From assembly GCA_029865605.1 (NCBI GenBank), contig JAOUGE010000004.1:2562-66561 (forward strand): a stretch of 64,000 bases of DNA, in the 5' to 3' direction. A program made the translations under genes and the position numbers. The stretch comes from Candidatus Berkelbacteria bacterium (lineage in GTDB: Bacteria; Patescibacteriota; UBA1384; DTJR01). The notes below the pieces were generated by a model. It did not search any database and was not told where the DNA came from. It was given only the letters and a program-made list of their open reading frames with translations. This document shows, piece after piece, positions 9,853 through 19,280 of the stretch. Numbering within the stretch: the stretch's first letter is position 1; the number at the start of each line of letters is the position of its first letter.

Positions 9853-11853
9853 ATGGATAAAGAACAAGCAAGAAAACGCATCGAGGTTTTGCGCAAAGAA
9901 ATCGATGAAAATCGTTACCTTTATCATGTTCTCGACAAGCCGCGGGTTTCCGATGCGGTTGACGATTCTCTTAAAAGAGAGCTAGCCAAACTCGAGGAAC
10001 AGTTTCCCGACCTGGTAACGCCTGATTCGCCGACGCAGAGAATTGGCGGGAAGCCGCTCGATAAATTTAAAAAAGTCCGTCATAGAATCCCGATGCTCTC
10101 TTTAAATGATGCCTTCTCCGAAGATGATTTAAAAGCTTGGGAGCAGCGGCTTATCAAACTAGCCGGCGAGAAAAAGATTAAGAATTCGGGCTTCTACTGC
10201 GAGCTTAAAATGGACGGCTTGGCCGTCAGTTTGCAGTATCAAAAAGGAGTTTTAACTGTTGGCACGACCCGCGGCGACGGCCAGATAGGGGAGGATGTAA
10301 CTAATAATTTGAAAACTGTTGAGTCAGTCCCGTTAAAATTAAGGGGTGATGTGGCCGAAGAAATAGAAGTTCGCGGTGAAGTGTATTTGCCCAAAAAAGA
10401 TTTTGAAAAGTTAAATGAAGAACAAAAAAAGAAGGGCGGGCAAATATTCGCCAACCCCCGAAATATTTCTGCCGGCTCAATCCGCCAGCTCGATCCAAAA
10501 ATCACCGCTTCCCGCAATCTGCAGTTTATGATGTATTCGATCCCGACCAGGCTTGATCTTCAATCTCATCACGAAGAGCACGATTTGGCCAAAAAACTTG
10601 GCTTTAAAACAAGTGATAAAAACAAAGTTTGCAAGGACATCAACGAAGTATTATCTTTTCTTAAACATTGGGAAAAAGCGCGCCAGGGTTTGCCTTTTCA
10701 AACTGACGGAGTGGTAGTTGGGGTCGACGATAAGAAGGTTTTTGAACAATTGGGCGTTGTTGGCAAAGCGCCGAGGGGACGGATTGCCTATAAATTTGCT
10801 GCCGAAGAAGCGACTTCTCAGATTAAGGATATTGTTGTTCAAGTCGGGCGCACCGGCAAGCTCACGCCTGTGGCTCATCTTGAGCCGACTTTGGTTGCGG
10901 GCTCGACAATTTCGCGGGCGACGCTTCATAATGCTGATGAAATAAAACGTAAGGACATTAAAATTGGAGATACGGTTGTAATCCACAAGGCCGGTGATGT
11001 TATTCCCGAAGTCAAAGAAGTGATAAAGCGAATGCGAAGCGGCGACGAGAAGGAATTTCATATGCCAAAAGAGTGCCCGATTTGCGGCGGCAAGGTGATT
11101 AAAAGAGAGGGCGAGGTTGATTGGTATTGCGCAGATAGGGATTGTTCGGTAAGGGTGATGCGCTCGATCGGTCATTTTGTCTCAAAAGGTGCTTTTGAAA
11201 TAGACGGTTTGGGGCCGAAGATAATCCAAAAACTAATCGAAGTCGGGTTGGTAAAAGATGCAACCGATATTTTTGATTTAAAACAGGGCGACCTGGAACC
11301 GCTTGAAAGATTTGCCGAGAAATCGGCTCAAAACCTCGTTGAGTCTATCGAAGCAAGCAAGGAAATATCGCTTGACCGGTTTATTTACTCGCTTGGCATT
11401 CGCCACGTCGGCTCGGTTATGGCTCAGGATTTAGCCCGTCAGTTCGGAACGCTTGAAAAATTTACCAAAGCTTGCCATGAAGATTTTGACAGAATGTATG
11501 GTGTGGGAGGGAAAGTCGCCGACAGTATTATTGAATTTTTAGAAGAGGAAAAAAACCTGCGCTTGATTGAGAAAATGCAAAAACTCGGCGTGAAAATAAA
11601 AAGTTTTGAATCGGCCGTGAAAGCCGATAAGTTGAAAGATCAGAGTTTTGTTGTCACCGGTTCGCTTGAAACAATGACACGCGAGGAAGCCCATAAGAAA
11701 ATCATTCAATACGGCGGCGAAGTTCACACCAGCGTTTCATCTCAAACCAACTTTTTAATCGTCGGCGAAGAACCCGGCTCAAAGTTAGATAAAGCGAAAA
11801 AGTTAGGCGTTAAACAAATTTCAGAAAAGAATTTTCTTGAAATGATCTCGTAA
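9853..11853 (+). CDS. ligA: NAD-dependent DNA ligase
   Basis: ELKMDG, TRGDGQIGEDVT, OB fold VQVGRTG, Zn finger, HhH, BRCT. Confidence 0.97.
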   Translation: MDKEQARKRIEVLRKEIDENRYLYHVLDKPRVSDAVDDSLKRELAKLEEQFPDLVTPDSPTQRIGGKPLDKFKKVRHRIPMLSLNDAFSEDDLKAWEQRLIKLAGEKKIKNSGFYCELKMDGLAVSLQYQKGVLTVGTTRGDGQIGEDVTNNLKTVESVPLKLRGDVAEEIEVRGEVYLPKKDFEKLNEEQKKKGGQIFANPRNISAGSIRQLDPKITASRNLQFMMYSIPTRLDLQSHHEEHDLAKKLGFKTSDKNKVCKDINEVLSFLKHWEKARQGLPFQTDGVVVGVDDKKVFEQLGVVGKAPRGRIAYKFAAEEATSQIKDIVVQVGRTGKLTPVAHLEPTLVAGSTISRATLHNADEIKRKDIKIGDTVVIHKAGDVIPEVKEVIKRMRSGDEKEFHMPKECPICGGKVIKREGEVDWYCADRDCSVRVMRSIGHFVSKGAFEIDGLGPKIIQKLIEVGLVKDATDIFDLKQGDLEPLERFAEKSAQNLVESIEASKEISLDRFIYSLGIRHVGSVMAQDLARQFGTLEKFTKACHEDFDRMYGVGGKVADSIIEFLEEEKNLRLIEKMQKLGVKIKSFESAVKADKLKDQSFVVTGSLETMTREEAHKKIIQYGGEVHTSVSSQTNFLIVGEEPGSKLDKAKKLGVKQISEKNFLEMIS

Positions 11854-11902
11854 ATATTTTGCATTTTTTCCTTTTCTTGATAAGATATAAATTGAGGTTT
11901 TT

Positions 11903-12208
11903 ATGCTGAAAAAAGAAGACGTTGAACACGTCGCTAAGCTTTCGCGTTTGGAATTATCTGATGCGGAAATTGAAAAATTTACGCCGCAACTGTCTTCTGT
12001 TTTTGAAATGTTTGAAAAATTGGACGCCGAAGATTTGAAAAACGTTGAAGAAACATCGCAGGTGACAGGACTCGAAAATGTCACCCGCGAAGACGAGATA
12101 AAGTGTCTTGACGATTTAACTTGCTGCACGACCGAAGAACTGCTAAAAAATATTCCCATTAAAGAAAGCAGTTCAATTTTGGTTCCTAAAGTAATTGAGG
12201 ATAAATGA
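11903..12208 (+). CDS. gatC: Asp/Glu-tRNA amidotransferase subunit C
   Basis: VEHVAKLSRLEL, RED, VPKV; overlaps gatA. Confidence 0.92.
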   Translation: MLKKEDVEHVAKLSRLELSDAEIEKFTPQLSSVFEMFEKLDAEDLKNVEETSQVTGLENVTREDEIKCLDDLTCCTTEELLKNIPIKESSSILVPKVIEDK

Positions 12209-13683
12209 GCAATCTATGTAATTTAACAATTGCCGAAGCTTCAAAGCAGCTTGCCGAGGGCAAGATAACTTCAGCGGATCTGACGAAGTCGGTTTTAGAA
12301 AGGATTGAACAAGTCGAGCCGAAAGTCGAGGCCTATTTGAAAGTGCTTGAGGATTCGGCACTCAAAGAAGCGGAAGCGTCGGATAAAAGACGCCAAGCTG
12401 GAAAGCCGCTTAGCAAATTGGATGGTGTTCCAATCGCGGTTAAAGATTTGTTTTGCACTAAAGACGTTGAAACAACCGCCGCCTCTAATATTCTGAAGGG
12501 GTTTGTACCGTGCTATGAAGCAACAGCGGTTAAAAAATTAAAAGATGCGGGGGTGGTTTTAGTCGGCAAATTAAATCAAGACGCTTTTGCCCACGGGTCA
12601 TCAACCGAAAATTCGGATTTCAAAGTGACCAAGAATCCATGGGATTTGGAGCGGGTGCCGGGGGGATCAAGCGGCGGCTCTGCCGCCGCCGTTGCCGCCG
12701 ATGAGTGCCTCGGCGCGCTTGGCACGGATACCGGCGGCTCGATTCGCCAGCCGGCATCTTTGTGCGGAGTCGTCGGACTCAAGCCAACCTACGGCCGTGT
12801 ATCGAGATACGGCGTAATTGCGATGGCATCTTCACTGGATGTGATTGGCCCGCTAGCCAAGACTACAGAAGACGCAGCTTTGATTATGGAAGTGATTGCC
12901 GGTCGCGATTCTCTTGACGGGACGACTTTAGGTGCACCGGTGCCGGAGTATTCGAAAGAACTTGAGAAGGATATGAAAGGTCTTAAGGTTGGCGTTCCTA
13001 AGGAATATTTTGCTGAGGGGATGGATGAGGACGTAAAAAAGGTTATCGAAAAGTCGGTTGAAAAATTAAAATCTCTTGGCGCGGAAATCGCTGAAATCTC
13101 ACTCCCCCACACCGATATGGCTCTGGCGACTTATTATATTCTTCAGCCTGCTGAAGTGAGTTCGAATCTTTCTCGCTACGATGGAATAAAGTACGGGTTT
13201 TCGACTCTGCGGGAAGAAAAAGAACAACCGCTTGAAAAAGTATATTTTGAATCCCGAGGACAGGGTTTTGGCGCGGAGGCAAAAAGAAGAGTTATGCTCG
13301 GGACCCATGTTTTATCGGCTGGCTACTACGATGCATATTACAAGAAAGCAATGAAGCTCCGCACTCTTGTAAAAAAGGATTTTGACGAGGCATTTAAAAA
13401 AGTTGATGTTATAGTTACGCCCGTCTCGCCAACTCCGGCGTTTAAAATTGGCGAAAAATCTGATAATCCAATCCAGATGTATCTTTCAGACATTTACACA
13501 GTCCCGATCAATCCCGCGGGAGTTCCGGCAATTTCAACACCAGCTGGATTTGTCGAACGTGATGGTAAAAAACTTCCGGTCGGGATACAGATTATTGGGC
13601 CTATGCTCGGCGAGCCAGTTATTCTAAATGTCTCTTATCAGCTTGAAAAAGCACTTTCTTTAAAAGATAGGCCGAAATTATGA
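12205..13683 (+). CDS. gatA: Asp/Glu-tRNA amidotransferase subunit A
   Basis: Amidase signature GGSSGGSAAAV, GTDTGGSIRQPAS, SSNLSRYDG. Confidence 0.97.
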   Translation: MSNLCNLTIAEASKQLAEGKITSADLTKSVLERIEQVEPKVEAYLKVLEDSALKEAEASDKRRQAGKPLSKLDGVPIAVKDLFCTKDVETTAASNILKGFVPCYEATAVKKLKDAGVVLVGKLNQDAFAHGSSTENSDFKVTKNPWDLERVPGGSSGGSAAAVAADECLGALGTDTGGSIRQPASLCGVVGLKPTYGRVSRYGVIAMASSLDVIGPLAKTTEDAALIMEVIAGRDSLDGTTLGAPVPEYSKELEKDMKGLKVGVPKEYFAEGMDEDVKKVIEKSVEKLKSLGAEIAEISLPHTDMALATYYILQPAEVSSNLSRYDGIKYGFSTLREEKEQPLEKVYFESRGQGFGAEAKRRVMLGTHVLSAGYYDAYYKKAMKLRTLVKKDFDEAFKKVDVIVTPVSPTPAFKIGEKSDNPIQMYLSDIYTVPINPAGVPAISTPAGFVERDGKKLPVGIQIIGPMLGEPVILNVSYQLEKALSLKDRPKL

Positions 13684-14126
13684 GCAAATATCAACACAAA
13701 AAGAAAAGAAATGTGGATGGAATCGGCTCCTCATTTTTTGGCCTTTTGGAAAGAGGAGTCGAGCGGCTTTTTGAGAGGGTATTTAGGCCCAAAGCGACTT
13801 TTGCAGTTTTTTCTCGGGGCGAGTTGACCCAGCTCTGGCAGGGGATGGAAGCAATGGAACCTCGGCTGGCAATAATTGAGGCTGACAAACTTGTTGATAC
13901 AGTTTTGAAGAAAGCCGGCGTGGAGGGGGAATCATTTGCCGACCGCTTGCGCAAAGTTGAAAAGCTGGTTGACAGGAATATTTATAATGGAATGTGGGAG
14001 GCGCATAAAGCTCGCAACGAGCTTGTCCACGAAATCAATCATTCGGTAGATGTGTCAAAATCCCACGTCCTACTTGCAAAAATGAAGGATTTTTTGACCG
14101 CATTGGGGGCATTTAAAAATGACTGA
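13680..14126 (+). CDS. Hypothetical protein between gatA and gatB
   Basis: Overlaps both neighbours. AIIEADKLVD..G.SFADRL, AHKARNELVH (HEPN/DUF4145-like RxxxxH). Confidence 0.75.
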   Translation: MSKYQHKKKRNVDGIGSSFFGLLERGVERLFERVFRPKATFAVFSRGELTQLWQGMEAMEPRLAIIEADKLVDTVLKKAGVEGESFADRLRKVEKLVDRNIYNGMWEAHKARNELVHEINHSVDVSKSHVLLAKMKDFLTALGAFKND

Positions 14127-15537
14127 AGAATTTAGGACGGTTATAGGACTTGAAATCCACGTTCAGCTTAACACAAGAGCCAAGATGTTTTGCGGTTGCG
14201 ATAATAACGCAGAAGGCAAAGAGCCGAATACGGTTGTTTGCCCGGTTTGTATGGGTATGCCGGGAACCTTGCCGGTTGCAAGTCGCGAGGCGATCGAAAA
14301 GACAATAAAATTGGGGCTAGCACTTGGATGCGAGATTCCCAAGATTTCAAAATTTGACCGCAAGCATTATTTTTATCCCGACCTACCTAAAGGTTATCAG
14401 ATTAGCCAATACGATCAGCCGTTTTGTAAGGGCGGACAAATAGAGCTCGAGTCAGGGACTGTCAAATTAAACAGAGTTCATTTAGAGGAGGATGCCGGAA
14501 AGTTAGTTCATCCGAAAGGGAGCAAATATTCGATCGTGGATTTAAATAGAGCCGGCACACCGCTTTTAGAGATTGTCAGCGAGCCGGATATTACCTCGCC
14601 AGCAATGGCCAAGGATTATATGAAAGAACTTCATTTGATTTTACGAAATTTAAGGATTTCAGATGCGGATATGGAAAAGGGTCAGATGCGCTGTGACGCA
14701 AATATATCAGTCCAGTTAAAAGGGGAAAGGAGAAAGGGTAAAGTAGCTAGCTCACCGATTGTGGAGATAAAAAATTTAAATTCATTTCGTTTCGTGGAAA
14801 AAGCGCTGGCACACGAAGAAAAAAAATTGCAAGAAGAATTCGAGAAGTGGCCGGAAAAAAAGACGAAACTGACTCACGGTTTTGACTCAAATCGCGGCAC
14901 GACTTATCCGATGCGCGAAAAAGAGGAAGCCAAAGACTATCGTTATTTTCCTGAGCCGGATGTTCCGCCGTTTGATTTGACTAGGTTTCCGATTGAAAAA
15001 TGGAAGAAGGAACTGCCCAAACTGCCAAGTCACCACCGTGCTCGGTTGTCTGAACTTGGCTTAACTAAAGAAGAAGCTAACATCATCGCAAAGGATGACA
15101 CGATAAAGGATGTGATCGAAAATGTAGCGGAGAAAAATAAGGCGATTATTGGGAAACTGTTGATCAATAACGTAGAGGCCAGGAAACTTTCGATTGAGGC
15201 TCTTAATCAGATTGCTGATACGATAAGAGATGGCAGCCCGTCAAATTGGGTACGAGATATGATCAGGAGGTCTGTGAAGAGCGGGAAGCTGCCTCTGGAA
15301 ATTGTTAAAGAAACAAAGGGCTTGGCACCGAGCTCGGAAGAAATCTCAGAAAAAACGAAGGAATTTACGAAATTTCTTATTTCTGAAAATCCTGATGTGG
15401 TCCAGAAACATAAGGCAGGAAAAGCCGGAGCCTTGGAGTTTTTAATCGGGCAGGGTATGAAAATGACGAAAGGCACTGTGAACCCGAAAGAGTTAAGGGA
15501 AGAACTAGTTAAGCAGTTGGAAGAGGAGAAAAGATGA
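14119..15537 (+). CDS. gatB: Asp/Glu-tRNA amidotransferase subunit B
   Basis: IGLEIHVQL, FDRKHYFYPDLPKGYQISQ, HLEEDAGK, DYRYFPEPD. Confidence 0.97.
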   Translation: MTEEFRTVIGLEIHVQLNTRAKMFCGCDNNAEGKEPNTVVCPVCMGMPGTLPVASREAIEKTIKLGLALGCEIPKISKFDRKHYFYPDLPKGYQISQYDQPFCKGGQIELESGTVKLNRVHLEEDAGKLVHPKGSKYSIVDLNRAGTPLLEIVSEPDITSPAMAKDYMKELHLILRNLRISDADMEKGQMRCDANISVQLKGERRKGKVASSPIVEIKNLNSFRFVEKALAHEEKKLQEEFEKWPEKKTKLTHGFDSNRGTTYPMREKEEAKDYRYFPEPDVPPFDLTRFPIEKWKKELPKLPSHHRARLSELGLTKEEANIIAKDDTIKDVIENVAEKNKAIIGKLLINNVEARKLSIEALNQIADTIRDGSPSNWVRDMIRRSVKSGKLPLEIVKETKGLAPSSEEISEKTKEFTKFLISENPDVVQKHKAGKAGALEFLIGQGMKMTKGTVNPKELREELVKQLEEEKR

Positions 15538-15836
15538 AAAACGTAAGAACAGCAATAATAAATTCACTTGGTGTCCTAATTTATGTGGCGATTGTCTCAA
15601 CTGTGATGACTTATGCCGAAAAGATTTTTGGCAAGATGAATACGATTGTTGGGGCAGTCGGATTTCTGATGCTTTTTACTCTTTCGGCTGGAGTTGTTGG
15701 TTCATTGATAATCGGCAAGCCGATTATGCTGTATATTGATAATAAGAAAAAGGAAGCGGTAAGTCTACTTGTTTGGACTTTGGTTTTCCTTGCTATAATT
15801 ACTATCGCAGTTTTAATTTATTTGGGGGTGAGATAA
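15534..15836 (+). CDS. Small three-TM membrane protein
   Basis: Three hydrophobic segments; coupled to gatB and paralog 3. Confidence 0.75.
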   Translation: MKNVRTAIINSLGVLIYVAIVSTVMTYAEKIFGKMNTIVGAVGFLMLFTLSAGVVGSLIIGKPIMLYIDNKKKEAVSLLVWTLVFLAIITIAVLIYLGVR

Positions 15837-15837
15837 A

Positions 15838-17562
15838 ATGCCACAAACAAAACAATGTAAACAGTGTAGCCAGGAATTTCAGATAACAGATGATGATTTA
15901 GAATTTTTGAAGAAAGTAAGCCCGATTTTACAGGGGCAAACTATTTTAATCTCTCCGCCGACTCTCTGTCCGACTTGCAGAGAGATCAAGAGATTATGCT
16001 GGCGGAATGAGCGAAGTTTGTACAAAAGAAAATCGGATAAGTCAGGCAGGGAAATTGTTTCTATTTATTCGCCTGATAAAACCGATTATCAGGTGTATGA
16101 TATTTCCGAATATCAAAGCGATGAATTTGACCCGATGAGTTTCGGCCAGGAATATGATTTTTCAAAAAGCTTCTTTGCCCAATACGACGAATTGCTTCAT
16201 AAGGTTCCGAGAAAAGCTAGCAACACAACTAGAAATGAAAACAGTGACTACTGTAACCAAACATGGCAAACCAAAGATTCATATCTTTGTTTTAATGTTG
16301 GTTATGCTGAGAACTGCCTTTACTGCACAGAAGCTTTCCATGTTAAAAATTGTGTAGATTGTTTTGATATAAGAGATTGCGAGTATTGCTATAGTTGTTT
16401 TGATTGCGTTAACTGTAACAAATCGAAATATATTGAACACTGTAGAGATTGTTTTGAGTGCTATTTTATTTATGACTGTTTGGGTTGCAAAAATGTTGTT
16501 CTTTCCAGCGGCCTTCATAACAAACAGTATGTCTTTGAAAATAAACAGTTAACAAAAGAGGAATACGAAGAGAGGGTAAAAAACATCGATTTTTCCAGTA
16601 GAGCTGCAATGGATGAGCTTAAAAAGCGATTCGAAGAATTGAAAAAGAGTGCCATTCATCGCGAGAACAATAATATTTCTTCAGAAAATTGCACGGGAGA
16701 TTATTTGATCGAATGTAAGGATTGCACAGATTGTTATAATGCCCTGAAAAGTGAGGGGTGCAAAAGGGTTGCCGGAATTGATGATGCTTCGCGCGATTGT
16801 CGAGATATGAACATTATTACTGAGGCGGAGCTTTGCTATGAAGGCACAAGTGTGACCGGACACAAAAACCTTTTAAGCGTTTTTGTGGTCTATGGCAGTG
16901 ATAATATATATTGTAATTTTTGCGAAAATTGCAACAACTGCTTCGGGTGTGTCGGACTAAACCACAAACAATACTGCATCTTGAATAAACAGTATGCGAA
17001 AGATGAATATGAGAAACTGCTAGCAAAAACAATTGAGAAGATGAAAGAGGACAATGAGTGGGGAGAATTTTTCCCGATGAGCATTTCTCCGTTTGGTTAT
17101 AACGAGGCATTAGTAAATGCCTATCATCCAAAATCAAAAGATGAGGCAAAAAAACTTGGTGCAAAATGGCAAGACAATGATTATTCTCTTCAATATCAGG
17201 GTGAATTTTATGCGCCAAAGGATTCTATAAAGGAATATGTTGCCTCGAATGACGAAGTAAAAAATTTGCTCAATGGAGTCTTGGAATGCGAGACAAGCGG
17301 AAAAGCATTTAAGGTCATGCCGCAGGAAATCGCTTTTTACATGGAGCATAATATTCCTGTTCCATCCAAGCACTCTGAGATTCGATACGAAGAATTATTT
17401 AAAAAAAGAAATCCCCGTAAACTCCACCACCGCCAGTGTATGTGTGAAGAATCTGGCCACGATCATGGCGGACGTTGTCCTGTTGAATTTGAAACCACCT
17501 ACGCACCCGACCGGCCGGAGAAGATTTATTGTGAAAACTGTTATCAGAAATCAGTTATATGA
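15838..17562 (+). CDS. Cys-rich repeat / zinc-ribbon protein, paralog 3
   Basis: Family motifs; ATGA overlap with paralog 4. Confidence 0.9.
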   Translation: MPQTKQCKQCSQEFQITDDDLEFLKKVSPILQGQTILISPPTLCPTCREIKRLCWRNERSLYKRKSDKSGREIVSIYSPDKTDYQVYDISEYQSDEFDPMSFGQEYDFSKSFFAQYDELLHKVPRKASNTTRNENSDYCNQTWQTKDSYLCFNVGYAENCLYCTEAFHVKNCVDCFDIRDCEYCYSCFDCVNCNKSKYIEHCRDCFECYFIYDCLGCKNVVLSSGLHNKQYVFENKQLTKEEYEERVKNIDFSSRAAMDELKKRFEELKKSAIHRENNNISSENCTGDYLIECKDCTDCYNALKSEGCKRVAGIDDASRDCRDMNIITEAELCYEGTSVTGHKNLLSVFVVYGSDNIYCNFCENCNNCFGCVGLNHKQYCILNKQYAKDEYEKLLAKTIEKMKEDNEWGEFFPMSISPFGYNEALVNAYHPKSKDEAKKLGAKWQDNDYSLQYQGEFYAPKDSIKEYVASNDEVKNLLNGVLECETSGKAFKVMPQEIAFYMEHNIPVPSKHSEIRYEELFKKRNPRKLHHRQCMCEESGHDHGGRCPVEFETTYAPDRPEKIYCENCYQKSVI

Positions 17563-19280
17563 GCCAAAATAAAACGTGCAAGCAGTGTAATGAACAATTT
17601 ATCGTTGAAGACGAAGATCTAGAGTTCTACAAAAAAATCTTTCCGACTTTTGCCGGTAAAACTTATCATATCCCGCCGCCGACGCTGTGTCCGGATTGCA
17701 GGATGATAAGACGGCTTCTTTGGCGCAACGAGAGAGCCCTTTATAAACGGAAATGTGAACGTACGGGTAAAGAAATTGTATCGATCTATTCTCCCGACAA
17801 AAAGCATTTTAAGGTGTGGAATCAAGACGAGTGGTATAAGGACAATTGGGACCCGCTCGATTTTGGGAGGACATATAACTCTTCCGAGTCGTTCTTTAAA
17901 CAGTTTTATGAATTGCAGCAAAATGTCCCGCGTCCCGCAATGAGTTTTTTTAATTGCGAAGATTGCTATTATTGCAATTTCGTCTGGAATGCTAAAAAAT
18001 GTTATCTCTGTTGGGCAACGATGGATCTTGAGAATTGTATGTATTCGACGAGATCATTTGAATCGGTCGGATGTGTTGACTGTATTGATACGAGAAATAG
18101 CCAGCATTGCTACAGTTGTCTTGACTGCGAGAATTGCTATAAAGCTAGGTACTCAGAACGATGTAAGGATTGCTCAGAGATTTCTTTTTGTTTCGACTGT
18201 CGAGGATGTAAAAATATCTATCTTTGCACGAATCTTAGGAACAAACAATATTATATTCGGAACAAGCAGTACAGCCGCGAAGAGTATTTCCGTGTTTTAG
18301 AAAAAAATGCGGGGAGCATATCGCGGGGGAAGCAAGATACTGCCGAGTTGAAAGAGATGGAGGAAAAGTCAATTCATCCTGAAAATTACAACCTGAAGTG
18401 TGAGGACTGCTCGGGGGATTATCTGACCGAATGTAAAAACTGTTCTGAGTGTTTTTTGGTCGCCAAATCTGAAAGCAGCAAGTATATTTTGAGCGGAAAC
18501 CAGAATATAAATCATAGCTACGATATATACCAAAATGTAGATAGCGAATTTAGCTACGAAGGAATCGGCGGCTCGGGATATAAAAATATTTTTTGTGCTT
18601 GGATGATGCGCGGTAATGATAATTATTACTGTAATTTTTGTGAAAGCTGCTCAAATTGTTTTGGTTGTTTTGGGTTGAAACAAAAACAACACTGCATTTT
18701 AAACAAACAGTATTCCAAAGAGGAATACGAGAAGATTGTGTCTGAAATAATAGAGAAAATGAGCAAAGACAAGGAATGGGGCGAATATTTTCCCTCTTGG
18801 TCAGCGCCATTTTGTTACAACGAGACTATGGCAAATACCTGGTTTCCAAAGTCCCGTGACGAAGCGGTGAAGCTTGACGCCAAATGGCAAGACAATGATT
18901 ATATCCCGAATTATTCGGGAGATTATTACTCGCCTAAAGACAAAATTGAAGAATACATTGGCAACAAAGAAGAACAGGAAAAAATGGTGGAAGGGGTACT
19001 GAAGTGCGAGGTTTCGGGAAAACCATTTAAGATTATGCCTCAAGAGCTTAATTTTTATATTGAGAACAAAATTGCGATACCGACTAAGCACTATGAAGTT
19101 AGGTACTTGGAGAGATTTAATCTTAGGAACCCCCGCAAGCTTTACCGTCGCCAGTGTATGTGTGAAGAACCGGGACATAATCATGAGGGAAGATGCAAAA
19201 TTGAGTTTGAGGCTACCTACGCACCCGATCGGCCGGAGAAGATTTATTGTGAAAACTGTTATCAAAAGACGGTAATATGA
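17559..19280 (+). CDS. Cys-rich repeat / zinc-ribbon protein, paralog 4
   Basis: Family motifs; ATGA overlaps on both sides. Confidence 0.9.
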   Translation: MSQNKTCKQCNEQFIVEDEDLEFYKKIFPTFAGKTYHIPPPTLCPDCRMIRRLLWRNERALYKRKCERTGKEIVSIYSPDKKHFKVWNQDEWYKDNWDPLDFGRTYNSSESFFKQFYELQQNVPRPAMSFFNCEDCYYCNFVWNAKKCYLCWATMDLENCMYSTRSFESVGCVDCIDTRNSQHCYSCLDCENCYKARYSERCKDCSEISFCFDCRGCKNIYLCTNLRNKQYYIRNKQYSREEYFRVLEKNAGSISRGKQDTAELKEMEEKSIHPENYNLKCEDCSGDYLTECKNCSECFLVAKSESSKYILSGNQNINHSYDIYQNVDSEFSYEGIGGSGYKNIFCAWMMRGNDNYYCNFCESCSNCFGCFGLKQKQHCILNKQYSKEEYEKIVSEIIEKMSKDKEWGEYFPSWSAPFCYNETMANTWFPKSRDEAVKLDAKWQDNDYIPNYSGDYYSPKDKIEEYIGNKEEQEKMVEGVLKCEVSGKPFKIMPQELNFYIENKIAIPTKHYEVRYLERFNLRNPRKLYRRQCMCEEPGHNHEGRCKIEFEATYAPDRPEKIYCENCYQKTVI

